Source: Rudaea sp.
GTDB taxonomy: Bacteria; Pseudomonadota; Gammaproteobacteria; Xanthomonadales; Rhodanobacteraceae
Length of the DNA: 64,000 bases
Assembly (NCBI GenBank): GCA_035655975.1
Contig: DASRTK010000058.1
Location: forward strand, 2,245-66,244
Reading direction: 5' to 3'
Position numbers and translations under genes: made by a program. A model generated the notes under the pieces. That model was not told the DNA's origin and searched no databases. It was given only the letters and a program-made list of their open reading frames with translations. The stretch's first letter is position 1; each line of letters begins with the position of its first letter. Shown here piece after piece: positions 9,667-19,495 of the stretch.

Positions 9667-11477
9667 GCGGATTGTTCGCCGAACTCAAGCGCCGCAACGT
9701 CATCCGCATGGCCGGCTTGTACCTGCTCGGCGCGTGGCTGATTGCGCAGGTCGCCGGCACTTTGCTGCCGATGTTCGAGGCGCCCGGCTGGGTCGCTCGC
9801 ACGATCATCGTCCTGCTCGCGATCGGGTTCGCGCCGGCGCTTATTTTCTCCTGGATCTACGAGCTGACGCCGGAAGGCCTCAGGCGCGACGCGAACGTTC
9901 CACCGGAACGGTCGATCGCGCGGCAGACCGGACGCCGGATCGACTTCGCGATCATCGGCTTGCTGCTCGTCGCGCTCGCATACTTTGCCTTCGACCGCGT
10001 CGCCCTCGAGCCGCGCCGCATCGTGCAGGCGCGCGCGGAGGCGGCCCAACCGGCGCCCCGCGACGCGCAGGCGGAACGTTCGATCGTCGTGCTGCCGTTC
10101 GCCGACATGAGCCAGGCGAAGGATCAGGAATATCTGTCCGACGGCCTCGCCGAGGAACTGCTGAACTTGCTCTCGCGCGTGCCGCAGCTGCGGGTGATTT
10201 CGCGCTCCTCGGCATTCTCGTACAAGGGCAAGGCGATCGATCTCGGCACGATCGGCCGGCAACTCGAGGTGGCGCACGTGCTCGAAGGGTCGGTGCGCAA
10301 GGCCGGCAACGCCGTGCGCATCACCGTGCAGCTGATCGATGCGCGCACCGATGCGCACATCTGGTCGGAAACTTACGACCGCCCGCTCGACAACATTTTT
10401 GCGATCCAGGACGAGATTGCCGCAGCGGTCGTGTCGAAGCTGAAAGTCACCTTGCTTGGCGCGGCGCCGAAGGCGGCGGTCACGGATCCGGCCGCTTATA
10501 CGCTGTACCTGCAGGGACTCGAGCAGGGCCGGATCGGCTCGGCCGAGGGCCTCGATGCAGCGACAAAGATGTTCGAACAGGCGCTGGCGATATCGCCCGA
10601 CTACGCCCAGGCCTGGGAGGCGCTCGGCCACGCGTATCTGAGCCAGGTCGCGCGCGGGATGCGCGATGTGGAACAGGGCACGCGGCTCGCGAGGGAGGCC
10701 GCGAACCATGCCCTGGCGCTGAGTCCGGACTTGGCAAAAGCGACGGCGGACCTGGCCTGGATCGCCAACGCGTACGACCGCGATCTCGCTGCTGCCGTGC
10801 GCTACGCCGAGCGCGCACTCGCACTCGACCCTGGCAACGTGCAGGTCTTGTTCGCCGCCGGCCTCTCGGCGCGTTCGCTCGGACGCCTCGATGCGGCGAT
10901 CATGATCTACAAGCGCCAAATTGTCCTCGATCCAGCCAATCCGGGGCCGCACGGCACGTTGGGGAAGGCACTCGCGCTTGCGGGGCGCGACGCGGAGGCG
11001 ATCGCCAGTTTTCGCAAACTGATCGAACTCAGCCCCGACTACGCGGGCGCGCGTCATTGGCTGAGCCTGGTGTTGCTTAAGGATGGGCACGACCGCGCAG
11101 CCGCGGAACAGGCGCTTACGCTCGCTACCGCCGAACCCGGGCCCTGCTATCGCCTCGAGACGTTCGCGATGGCGTATCACGTCCTCGGCAGAACCGCTGA
11201 ATCCGGCGCAGCACTGGCCGAGCTCACCGCGACGTGCGAGGAGCCTGCCTCGTACAACATCGCCTACGCCTACGCATTCCTCGGCGACGCCGATCACGCC
11301 TTCGCGTGGCTGGAAAAGGCCCTGCAGCACAACGATATCGGACTGCCCGAAGTGATCAGTCAGCCGATGTTCGCGCCGATCCACAACGATCCGCGCTGGC
11401 TGCCGTTCCTGCGCAAGATCGGACGGGCGCCGGAACAACTCGCGGCGATCCCGTTCAACGTGACTTTGCCGCAGTGA
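9663..11477 (+). CDS. 3-TM / TolB-like / TPR protein, array copy C
   Basis: Same architecture; ATGA overlap with copy B. Confidence 0.9.
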   Translation: MSGLFAELKRRNVIRMAGLYLLGAWLIAQVAGTLLPMFEAPGWVARTIIVLLAIGFAPALIFSWIYELTPEGLRRDANVPPERSIARQTGRRIDFAIIGLLLVALAYFAFDRVALEPRRIVQARAEAAQPAPRDAQAERSIVVLPFADMSQAKDQEYLSDGLAEELLNLLSRVPQLRVISRSSAFSYKGKAIDLGTIGRQLEVAHVLEGSVRKAGNAVRITVQLIDARTDAHIWSETYDRPLDNIFAIQDEIAAAVVSKLKVTLLGAAPKAAVTDPAAYTLYLQGLEQGRIGSAEGLDAATKMFEQALAISPDYAQAWEALGHAYLSQVARGMRDVEQGTRLAREAANHALALSPDLAKATADLAWIANAYDRDLAAAVRYAERALALDPGNVQVLFAAGLSARSLGRLDAAIMIYKRQIVLDPANPGPHGTLGKALALAGRDAEAIASFRKLIELSPDYAGARHWLSLVLLKDGHDRAAAEQALTLATAEPGPCYRLETFAMAYHVLGRTAESGAALAELTATCEEPASYNIAYAYAFLGDADHAFAWLEKALQHNDIGLPEVISQPMFAPIHNDPRWLPFLRKIGRAPEQLAAIPFNVTLPQ

Positions 11478-11490
11478 GGCATTCGCCGGC

Positions 11491-13278
11491 ATGAACCTGA
11501 TCCTCGCGCGATTGCAGAATCGCAAGCTGGTGCAGTGGGCTCTGGCCTACGTTGCTGCCGTTTTCGCGTTGCTGCAGGGCGTCGACATCGTCGCGGCGAA
11601 ATTCGGCTGGCCGGACACCGTCGAGCGCATTCTGATCATCGCCGGCTGCGTCGGCTTCTTCGTGACACTGCTGCTGGCGTGGTACCACGGCGAGCGTGGC
11701 GCGCAGAAGATCTCGACCACCGAACTGCTGCTGCTGGCGCTGCTGCTCGGAGTCGGCGGCGGACTGTTGTGGAAGTTCGCTGTCGACGGTCCTGTGCCGG
11801 TCAACGTTGCGGCGTCGGCATCGTCTGCCGTGCCGGCCAAAGCGGGCGTGACAAATCCTGCCGCGCGCTCGAGCAAGTCGGTCGCGGTCCTCCCGTTCGA
11901 GAACCGCAGCGCGAGTGGCGAAGACGCTGCCTTTCTCGCTGATGGCATCCATGAGGATTTGATCAACACCTTGTCGCGCGTGCCCAGCTTGACGGTCATC
12001 GCGCGCACGGCCGTGCTGCGCTTTCGCGGCAGCAATACGCCGATGGCGGAAATTGCCGCGGCGCTCGGCGCCACGCATCTGGTCGAGGGCGGCGTGCAGC
12101 GCGCCGGCGATCGCGTGCGCATCAACGTGCAGCTGCTGAGCGCCTCCGACGGCAAGACCGAGTGGTCGCAACGTTACGATCGTTCACTGTCGGCGAACAA
12201 CATCTTCGACCTGCAGGAGGAGATCACGCAGGCTTTGGCGGCAACACTGCAGCTTCAGCTCGACACGAAAGCCGGCGGAAAACTTCTGACCGGCACGACC
12301 GGAAATCTCGCCGCCTACGAAACGTTCCTGAAAGGGCGCAACGCGTATGAGGACGCGCACATGCCGGATGCGGTGCGGCTGCTGCAGGAGGCAACGCGGA
12401 TCGATCCCAACTACGCGCTGGCGCACGGCGCGCTCGCGGAAGCCTACGTCGGCATGGCCAACTCCGGCCTGATGGTGCCCAAGGAAGCGTTCGAACTTGC
12501 GCAGGCATCAGCGCGGCGTGCGCTGGAACTCGACGACCATGTGGTCCAGGCCTACACGGCGCTGGCCGAATACGCGTTCCACTACGAGTGGAACTGGGCG
12601 GAAGCGGAAAAATCCATGCTGCGCGCATTGGCCATCGATCCGAACTACGCGATCGCCTACCGCCGCCATAGTGGTCACCTGACGGCATGGGGCCGCTTCG
12701 ACGAAGCCGAAGCGGCGGGGTTGCGGGCGACAGAGCTCTCGCCACCCAGGAAGGATCGCTCCGATCTGGACCTGATGATGGTGGGCACATCGAAGATCGC
12801 GAGAAGACGTTTTCAGGATCTCGTCGACCGGACCGATGCGCAGGAAAAGTCGGACAATCCGCGCGTGCTCCTGTTGCGCGGAACTGCCCTGTTCGCCGTC
12901 GGCCGCCAATCCGAAGGTCTGGAGCGGCTCGAGCGGGCCGCGAAGCTCGATCCCGATTCGCTCGGCAACCAGGCGGCACTGGGGTGGGCGGTCGCGCAAG
13001 CGGGGCAGGGCGCGAAGGCGCGGGAAATCGTGCAACGCCTGCAGGAAGCGACAACGCATCGTTACGTGTCGCCGATGCTCGTAGCTCAGGTCGCCGCCGG
13101 ACTGAACGACCGTGATCTCGCCTTCGCCCAATTGCAGAAGGCATTCGACCTTCGCGAGCCGACGCTGCCCGACATCGGCTTCGACTTCAGCTACGATCCG
13201 ATCCGTGCCGACCCGCGTTTCCAGGAGCTGATGAAAAAGCTCAAGCTTGACGTGTTCTTTCCTCTGGCAGCGAAGTAA
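11491..13278 (+). CDS. 3-TM / TolB-like / TPR protein, array copy D (type II N-terminus)
   Basis: RKLVQWALAY...WYHGERG N-module, SVAVLPFEN domain, TPRs, IRADPRF. Confidence 0.9.
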   Translation: MNLILARLQNRKLVQWALAYVAAVFALLQGVDIVAAKFGWPDTVERILIIAGCVGFFVTLLLAWYHGERGAQKISTTELLLLALLLGVGGGLLWKFAVDGPVPVNVAASASSAVPAKAGVTNPAARSSKSVAVLPFENRSASGEDAAFLADGIHEDLINTLSRVPSLTVIARTAVLRFRGSNTPMAEIAAALGATHLVEGGVQRAGDRVRINVQLLSASDGKTEWSQRYDRSLSANNIFDLQEEITQALAATLQLQLDTKAGGKLLTGTTGNLAAYETFLKGRNAYEDAHMPDAVRLLQEATRIDPNYALAHGALAEAYVGMANSGLMVPKEAFELAQASARRALELDDHVVQAYTALAEYAFHYEWNWAEAEKSMLRALAIDPNYAIAYRRHSGHLTAWGRFDEAEAAGLRATELSPPRKDRSDLDLMMVGTSKIARRRFQDLVDRTDAQEKSDNPRVLLLRGTALFAVGRQSEGLERLERAAKLDPDSLGNQAALGWAVAQAGQGAKAREIVQRLQEATTHRYVSPMLVAQVAAGLNDRDLAFAQLQKAFDLREPTLPDIGFDFSYDPIRADPRFQELMKKLKLDVFFPLAAK

Positions 13279-13338
13279 CACAGATGCTTCTCTGGAAACG
13301 CGTACCGTGCGTTATTCGAGCGGCAAAAAAACAAGAAC

Positions 13339-13365
13339 CGGATTCCAGCCGTCGCTGGAACGACG
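13339..13365. repeat. Degenerate single arm resembling the CGTC-tagged REP
   Basis: ggattccagccgtcgctggaacgacg versus family arm ggattcccgctttcgcgggaatgacg; hairpin retained. Confidence 0.45.
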
Positions 13366-13384
13366 AGCATGAGGGATTCACCGC

Positions 13385-13480
13385 TTGATCGAGTTCCTGC
13401 TGCATCTGCCCGAACGCAAGCTGGCGCAGTGGGCTCTTGCCTGCGTCGCCGCAGCGTTCGCACTGCCGGGACCGCCGTGA
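13385..13480 (+). pseudogene. Truncated relic of a type II array gene start
   Basis: TTG ORF LIEFLLHLPERKLAQWALACVAAAFALPGPP* aligns by eye to copy D MNLILARLQNRKLVQWALAYVAAVFAL; its stop overlaps the GTG of copy E. Confidence 0.75.
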
Positions 13481-15261
13481 GCCTGTTCGCCGAGCTCAAG
13501 CGCCGCAATGTGTTCCGCGCCGGCGCGTTCTACGCGGCGAGCGCGTGGCTGCTGGTTCAGGTCGCCACGCAGGTTTTTCCATTTTTCCACATTGCCGAGT
13601 GGGTGGTGCGCTGGATCGTGATCGCGGCTGTTATCAGCTTTCCGTTCGCGCTGCTGTTCTCGTGGTTCTACGAGTGGACGCCGCAAGGTCTGCAGCGCGA
13701 GGGCGAAGTCGCGCCCGATGAATCGATCGCCCGCAATGCCGGCAAGAAGCTCGATCGCGGGATCATCGCGGCGCTCGGCCTCGCCGTCGTTTTCCTGCTG
13801 GCCGACAAATTCGTGTTGCACAAGGATGCAGATGACGCGATCGGCAAGTCGATTGCCGTGCTGCCGCTGCTCAACGAAAGCGGCGACCCGGATGGGGATT
13901 ATTTTTCCGATGGCCTGTCCGAGGAACTGATCGCCAACCTGGCGCAAGTCGAGGGTCTGAAGGTGATCGGCCGCAGTTCGTCGTTCCGCTTCAAGGGCGG
14001 CGGCCACGACAGCAAGATTATCGGCGAGAAGCTCGGCGTCGGTACCCTGCTCGAAGGGACCGTGCGCCGGCAGGGCGAACGCGTTCGCATCGTCGCCGAA
14101 CTGATCGATGCAGCAGACGGCCGGGAACTATGGTCGCAAACCTACGACCGCGAACTGAAGGACATTTTTGCGGTGCAGTCCGGAATCGCGCAGTCCGTGG
14201 CCGATTCGCTCAAGGTGAAGCTGATGCCCGGCAAAGCCGAAGCGGCCATCAAGCACCATGTCCCCAGTTTTGAGACTTACGATCATTTCCTGCTCGGGCG
14301 GCAGCTGCTCGTTCGTGACGACGTTGCGGCGTATGCCAAGGCCGTTGTGGCGTTTCGTCAGGCCGTCGCGTTGGATCCGGACTACGCCGAAGCCTGGTCG
14401 GGCCTGGCAATGGCGGAAAGTTTTGCCGTCGAAGACAATCGCGATGCCACCGTCGTGGCGCTGGGACAGCGGCGTGCCATGGCAGCAGCCGAACGGGCTG
14501 TGGCGCTGGATCCGGAACTGGGCGACGCTTACGCCGCGCGTGGATACCTGCGCGGCACCAATGACTGGAACTGGAATGGTGCCGAGGCGGACCTGATCAA
14601 GGCGGTCGGCCTCGATCCTGGCGATGGCAGAAACCAGTTGCGTCTGGGCTATCTGTTGTCGACGCTGAATCGTCTGTCCGAGTCCAGCGTAGCTCTCGGC
14701 AAATGCGTGGATCATGATCCACTGTTTCCACCCTGCTGGTATTGGCTGGGGCGGATCAAAGCGGCGCAAGGCGATTACGAGGGCGCGCGCCAGACGATGA
14801 AGCGCGTACTGGCCATCGATCCCGAATACAAGGTCGCATCGTATTACCTGGGAGTATTGTGGCTGCTGCAAGGCGATCCCGCCGCTGCGCTGGAGGTGTT
14901 CGTCAAATTGGAAAGACCGGCCGGGGTCGCCCTGGCCGAACACGATCTCGGCCACGCCGAGCGGTCGAAGGCCGCGCTGGACCAGCTCATCGCTGCGCAC
15001 GCAACGGACAGCGCCTACCAGGTCGCCACCGTGTATGCCTGGTCAGGAGATCGCGAACAGGCGTTCGTGTGGCTGGAGCGCGCAATTCAGCAGCACGAGA
15101 TCGGGCTGCTGGGTTTGACCCATGACCCGCTGTTGCACCGCCTTCGTGCCGATCCGCGCTTCGCGGAACTCTGCCGGAAGGTTGGCCTGCCGGCGCCGAA
15201 CCGGACGCCGGTATCGACAGCGACGGGAGCGTCGCCTCCGGCGGCGGAACGCACACCGTGA
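13477..15261 (+). CDS. 3-TM / TolB-like / TPR protein, array copy E
   Basis: GTG start giving (M)SLFAELKRRNV by homology with paralogues; same domains. Confidence 0.9.
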   Translation: MSLFAELKRRNVFRAGAFYAASAWLLVQVATQVFPFFHIAEWVVRWIVIAAVISFPFALLFSWFYEWTPQGLQREGEVAPDESIARNAGKKLDRGIIAALGLAVVFLLADKFVLHKDADDAIGKSIAVLPLLNESGDPDGDYFSDGLSEELIANLAQVEGLKVIGRSSSFRFKGGGHDSKIIGEKLGVGTLLEGTVRRQGERVRIVAELIDAADGRELWSQTYDRELKDIFAVQSGIAQSVADSLKVKLMPGKAEAAIKHHVPSFETYDHFLLGRQLLVRDDVAAYAKAVVAFRQAVALDPDYAEAWSGLAMAESFAVEDNRDATVVALGQRRAMAAAERAVALDPELGDAYAARGYLRGTNDWNWNGAEADLIKAVGLDPGDGRNQLRLGYLLSTLNRLSESSVALGKCVDHDPLFPPCWYWLGRIKAAQGDYEGARQTMKRVLAIDPEYKVASYYLGVLWLLQGDPAAALEVFVKLERPAGVALAEHDLGHAERSKAALDQLIAAHATDSAYQVATVYAWSGDREQAFVWLERAIQQHEIGLLGLTHDPLLHRLRADPRFAELCRKVGLPAPNRTPVSTATGASPPAAERTP

Positions 15262-15409
15262 GCGAGCCCGGCCACTGTCTCGCCGGATCAGGTTTTTCTC
15301 CACAGGTTTGGCCTACCGGGCCGATATTCGCGCTCAATGAGTCCCTCCATGCCCTTGAATCTGCGATGATCGCTCCTGCCGTGACACTCTCAGGGGGAGT
15401 GCTTCATCG

Positions 15410-17266
15410 ATGCAAATCGTCGAGGAACTGAAGCGCCGAAACGTCTTCCGGGCTGCCGGGCTGTATGTCGTCGGCGCGTGGCTGCTGACGCAGGTTGCGA
15501 CGACCGTTCTGCCGCTGTTCGACGTACCGGGCTGGGCGCTGCGCGCCTGGATCATCGTTCTCGCGATCGGCTTCGTGCCCGCTCTGGCCTTCGCCTGGGT
15601 GTTCGAACTGACGCCGGAAGGAATCAAGCGCGACGCCGAAGTACCGCCGGAGCAATCGATCGGGCCGCAGACGGCAAGGCGCATGGATCGCATGATCATT
15701 GCCTCGCTGCTGCTGGCCCTGACATATTTTGGTTTCGATCGCCTCGTGCTGGCGCCGCGGCGCGATGCGGCGCTGGTCGTCGCGACGACGCAAGCGGTGA
15801 CCGCAACGACCGCCGCGGCGACGCCAGCCGTCGATTCGCACTCGATCGCCGTGTTGCCGTTCGTCAACATGTCCGGCGATGTCGCGAATGAGTATTTCTC
15901 CGACGGCATCAGCGAGGAAATCCTCAACGTGCTCGCGCGCACTGCGGACCTGCAGGTTGCAGCACGCACGTCCTCATTCTCGTTCAAGGGCAAGAATGAG
16001 GAAGTGCCGGACATCGCCCGCAAGCTGCAGGTGCGCATGGTGCTCGAAGGCAGCGTGCGCAAGCAGGACGATCGCGTGCGCATCACGGCGCAGCTGATCG
16101 ATGCGCAGAAGGGCTATCACGTCTGGTCGCAGACCTACGATCGCAAGCTCGCCGACATTTTCGCGATCCAGGACGAAATCGCCAAGGCGATCGGCGACGA
16201 GTTGCAGGTGCAGATCGCCGGCGCTTCGGACACAGGGAAATCGTCCGCGGGTACGCGCAACCTCGTCGCTTACGATTTGTACTTGCGCGCGATTGCCTTG
16301 TGGCAGACCCGGCGCGAGGATGCACTGTGGCAAGCCGTCGACCTGCTCGATCAAGCGATCAAGGCCGACCCGGATTTTGCCCAGGCCCGTGCCGGGCAGG
16401 CGTTGGTCTACGCCGTAATCGGCGACTACAGCGCGCGCATTCCCTTTGCCGAAACGCAGGCGCGCGCGAGGGACTCCGCCGAGCAGGCGCTTGTTCTGGA
16501 TGCATCATTGGCCGAACCCTATGCGGTGCTCGGAAAAGTCGCGACCCCGGGCCGGCGGTACGCGTCGGCGGATGCGCTGCTGCGCCGGGCCATCGCCTTG
16601 CGTCCTTCGTTTGCGACGGCATACCAATGGCGGGGGACTCTTCTGATGACTCGCGGCGACCTCGCCGCTGGCTTGGCATCGCTGGAACGTGCCTCGGCGC
16701 TGGATCCGCGCTCCCTGATCGTGGCGGAAAATCATGCCTGGATCCTTATGACCCTGGGACGCTATGCCGACGCCAAGGGGCGGTGCGAAATAGCGCTCGA
16801 GCTGGATCCGGCGTATACGGCATGCATGGAGGACGTGGCCATGGCCGATCTGTTCCTTGGCAATTTCGACGCGGCCGGCGCAATGCTCGAACGCGAAGCG
16901 GCTGCGTTGAATCCGAGCGCCAGTGCGCAGGGACGCGAGTTGGCCCAAGCGCTCGCCGGGCGCGCTGATCGGCATGCGCTTGCTCTTCGCTATTTCGCTT
17001 TCGACCCCGACAGCGCGCTCAAGCCGGGAACCGGCAATACCCTGACGAGCTATGACATTGCGATCGCGCTCATGTTGCTCGGCGACCACGGCCTGACGCT
17101 GGACTATCTCAAACGCCTGGCCGGTCGGGAAGACGGCTTGGCAGGATGGGCCATCCCGGTTCCCATCATGGATCCGATCCGGTGCGATCCGCGCTTCGTT
17201 GCCGTGGTGGAAGACTTGAAGATGACGGACCCGCATGCCGATAAAGTCTGTGGAAAAAAGAACTGA
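15410..17266 (+). CDS. 3-TM / TolB-like / TPR protein, array copy F
   Basis: MQIVEELKRRNV; same domains; GGGGAG RBS upstream. Confidence 0.9.
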   Translation: MQIVEELKRRNVFRAAGLYVVGAWLLTQVATTVLPLFDVPGWALRAWIIVLAIGFVPALAFAWVFELTPEGIKRDAEVPPEQSIGPQTARRMDRMIIASLLLALTYFGFDRLVLAPRRDAALVVATTQAVTATTAAATPAVDSHSIAVLPFVNMSGDVANEYFSDGISEEILNVLARTADLQVAARTSSFSFKGKNEEVPDIARKLQVRMVLEGSVRKQDDRVRITAQLIDAQKGYHVWSQTYDRKLADIFAIQDEIAKAIGDELQVQIAGASDTGKSSAGTRNLVAYDLYLRAIALWQTRREDALWQAVDLLDQAIKADPDFAQARAGQALVYAVIGDYSARIPFAETQARARDSAEQALVLDASLAEPYAVLGKVATPGRRYASADALLRRAIALRPSFATAYQWRGTLLMTRGDLAAGLASLERASALDPRSLIVAENHAWILMTLGRYADAKGRCEIALELDPAYTACMEDVAMADLFLGNFDAAGAMLEREAAALNPSASAQGRELAQALAGRADRHALALRYFAFDPDSALKPGTGNTLTSYDIAIALMLLGDHGLTLDYLKRLAGREDGLAGWAIPVPIMDPIRCDPRFVAVVEDLKMTDPHADKVCGKKN

Positions 17267-17267
17267 C

Positions 17268-17348
17268 GTGTCGCTGATCGCCGAACTCAAGCGCCGCAAT
17301 GTCATCCACACGGCGGCCAGGCATCCCCTGACGGAGGGATGCGCATGA
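17268..17348 (+). pseudogene. Truncated relic of a type I array gene start
   Basis: GTG ORF VSLIAELKRRNVIHTAARHPLTEGCA*; first 13 codons match the array N-terminus; stop overlaps ATG 17345. Confidence 0.8.
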
Positions 17349-19402
17349 GCGCAGTTTTGCGACGCCTGCGCGAACGCAAGGTCATGCAGTGGGCCGTTGC
17401 CTACGCCGCGGGCGCGTGGGTTCTGCTGCAGGTGCTGAGCCTGCTCGCGGGCACGTACGAGTGGCCGCCCAATGCGATGCGCATTGCGGTCGGCGCCGTC
17501 GCGATCGGGTTTCCGGTGGCGCTGGTGTTGGCGTGGTACCACGGCGAGCACGGTGCACAGCGTGCCAGCGGCACGGAGATCCTCATCATTGCCCTGTTGC
17601 TCTGCATCGGTGGCGGCGTGATCTGGCGTTTCGCGCCGAGCGCGAATGCGCCAGCAGCGAAAGCGTCGGCCGCCGCTGCGGTCGTGCGGGCGGCGAATCC
17701 TGACGCAGACTCACCCGATCACCGCTCGATCGCCGTGCTGCCGTTCGAAAACCTCAGCGACGAAAAAGCCAACGCGTATTTCGCCAGTGGCATGCAGGAC
17801 ATGATCCTGACCAAGCTGGCCGCGATAGCCGAGCTGAAGGTGATTTCGCGCACGTCGACCGAAAAATATGCAAGCCATCCGGATAACTTGAAGAGCATCG
17901 GCAGCCAGCTCGGCGTCGGCACGATCCTCGAAGGCAGCGTGCAGAAGGCGGGCGATCAGGTGCTGATCAACGTGCAGTTGATCGACACGGCCTCGGACAA
18001 GCATTTGTGGGCCGAGGCGTACCCGCGCACGCTGGAAAATATCTTCGGTGTCGAAGGCGAGGTCGCGCAGAAGATCGCCGATGCGCTGAAGGCGAAGTTG
18101 ACGCCGGCCGAATCGGCCAGCGTCGCCCGTCAGCCGACGCGGAACAGCGCGGCGTACGACCTTTTCCTCAAGGCCGAATACGAACTGCAGCAGGCGGGCA
18201 GCACCTGGCGGCAGGAAACGTTCCTTGCCGCCGACGCGGACTACGAGAAGGCGATCGCGCTCGATCCGGGCTTCGCGCTCGCGCACGCGAAGCTCGGCTA
18301 TTCCCGGATGCGGCGGCACTGGTTCGCCACACCACTGACCGAAGCCGAACTGGCTGCTGCCAAGGCGACGATCGAGCGCGCACTTGCACTGTCCCCGGAC
18401 TTGCCCGAGGCTCATCTGGCACTCGCTTATTACCTGTACTGGGGCTATCGCCAATATGACGACGCCGTGGCCGAATTCCAGCGGACGTTGCAGCTGGAGC
18501 CGAGCAGCGTCGAGGCGCTCGCGGGACTGGGCTACATTGCGCGTCGTGAAGGACGCTGGCAGCAGTCGCTCGACTACATGGACCGGGCGCTGGCAATCTC
18601 TCCGCGCGATGGTCAGTTGCACGGCGAGAAGGGCAACAACCTGGTCTACATGCGACGCTATCAGGAAGCCGACCGGCAACTGAAACTGGCACTCGAACTC
18701 GATCCCACGGATTCCAATGCCAAGGATCAGTTGCTGGTGACGCGCTTGTACGGATTCGGCGACGTCGCTGGCGCGCGCCAGGCTTATCGGCTGCGTCCCG
18801 ACTGGCGCATCGCCTCCGAGGCCACGCTTGGCGGCGACGTGCTGAACATGATCAATCCGCACGCGTACCCGGATGTATTCGAGCGGCACTTCGATGCTGC
18901 GCTGGCGGCGTGGGATTCGGCGCCGACCGACACCGAGGGTGAACGCCTGGCGGCGCGCAGCGCGCGCGTCGCGATTCGGATCATCGCCGGTCGACGCGAA
19001 GCAATGCGTACCGAGTGCGAAGGCCTCGTACCAGTCCTGGAAGGCGAACTCGCCCGCCAGCCGGAGTCATTAAGCCTGATTCAACAGCTGGCCTGGGTGA
19101 ACCTGTGCCTGAGCCGCAACGCCGAAGCGATCGAGCTGGCGCGCCGCTCCGTCGCGCTGATGCCAATCGAGAAGGACGCCTACAACTACGGCACCAACAG
19201 CATCGTCGGGCTCGCGCAAATCGCCGCGCATGCCGGCGCCCCGGACGAATCGCTGAAGGCGATCCGGCAACTGCTGTCTATACCGGCCGGCGGCGTCATA
19301 TCGCTTGAGCGGCTGAAGCTCGATCCGGTCTGGGATCCGCTGCGCGCGGATCCGCGTTTTGAAGCGTTGCTGAAGGCAAACGTCGAGAATGTGGGGAGCT
19401 AA
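17345..19402 (+). CDS. 3-TM / TolB-like / TPR protein, array copy G (type II N-terminus)
   Basis: RKVMQWAVAY...WYHGEHG N-module; same downstream domains; alternative start 17339. Confidence 0.9.
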   Translation: MSAVLRRLRERKVMQWAVAYAAGAWVLLQVLSLLAGTYEWPPNAMRIAVGAVAIGFPVALVLAWYHGEHGAQRASGTEILIIALLLCIGGGVIWRFAPSANAPAAKASAAAAVVRAANPDADSPDHRSIAVLPFENLSDEKANAYFASGMQDMILTKLAAIAELKVISRTSTEKYASHPDNLKSIGSQLGVGTILEGSVQKAGDQVLINVQLIDTASDKHLWAEAYPRTLENIFGVEGEVAQKIADALKAKLTPAESASVARQPTRNSAAYDLFLKAEYELQQAGSTWRQETFLAADADYEKAIALDPGFALAHAKLGYSRMRRHWFATPLTEAELAAAKATIERALALSPDLPEAHLALAYYLYWGYRQYDDAVAEFQRTLQLEPSSVEALAGLGYIARREGRWQQSLDYMDRALAISPRDGQLHGEKGNNLVYMRRYQEADRQLKLALELDPTDSNAKDQLLVTRLYGFGDVAGARQAYRLRPDWRIASEATLGGDVLNMINPHAYPDVFERHFDAALAAWDSAPTDTEGERLAARSARVAIRIIAGRREAMRTECEGLVPVLEGELARQPESLSLIQQLAWVNLCLSRNAEAIELARRSVALMPIEKDAYNYGTNSIVGLAQIAAHAGAPDESLKAIRQLLSIPAGGVISLERLKLDPVWDPLRADPRFEALLKANVENVGS

Positions 19403-19495
19403 CCATATGAGCTGGGCGGCATCGTTGCTGCGGACGCGCACGAAACGGAACGCGGCCGCGACGCTTGTGCTGCAGCCCCGCACCGGAGCACCTCG

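Noticed and set aside
15283-15325. Possible relic array C-terminus (DQVFLHRFGLPG) between copies E and F
   Set aside because: Similarity to RKVGLP-type ends is too short to distinguish from chance
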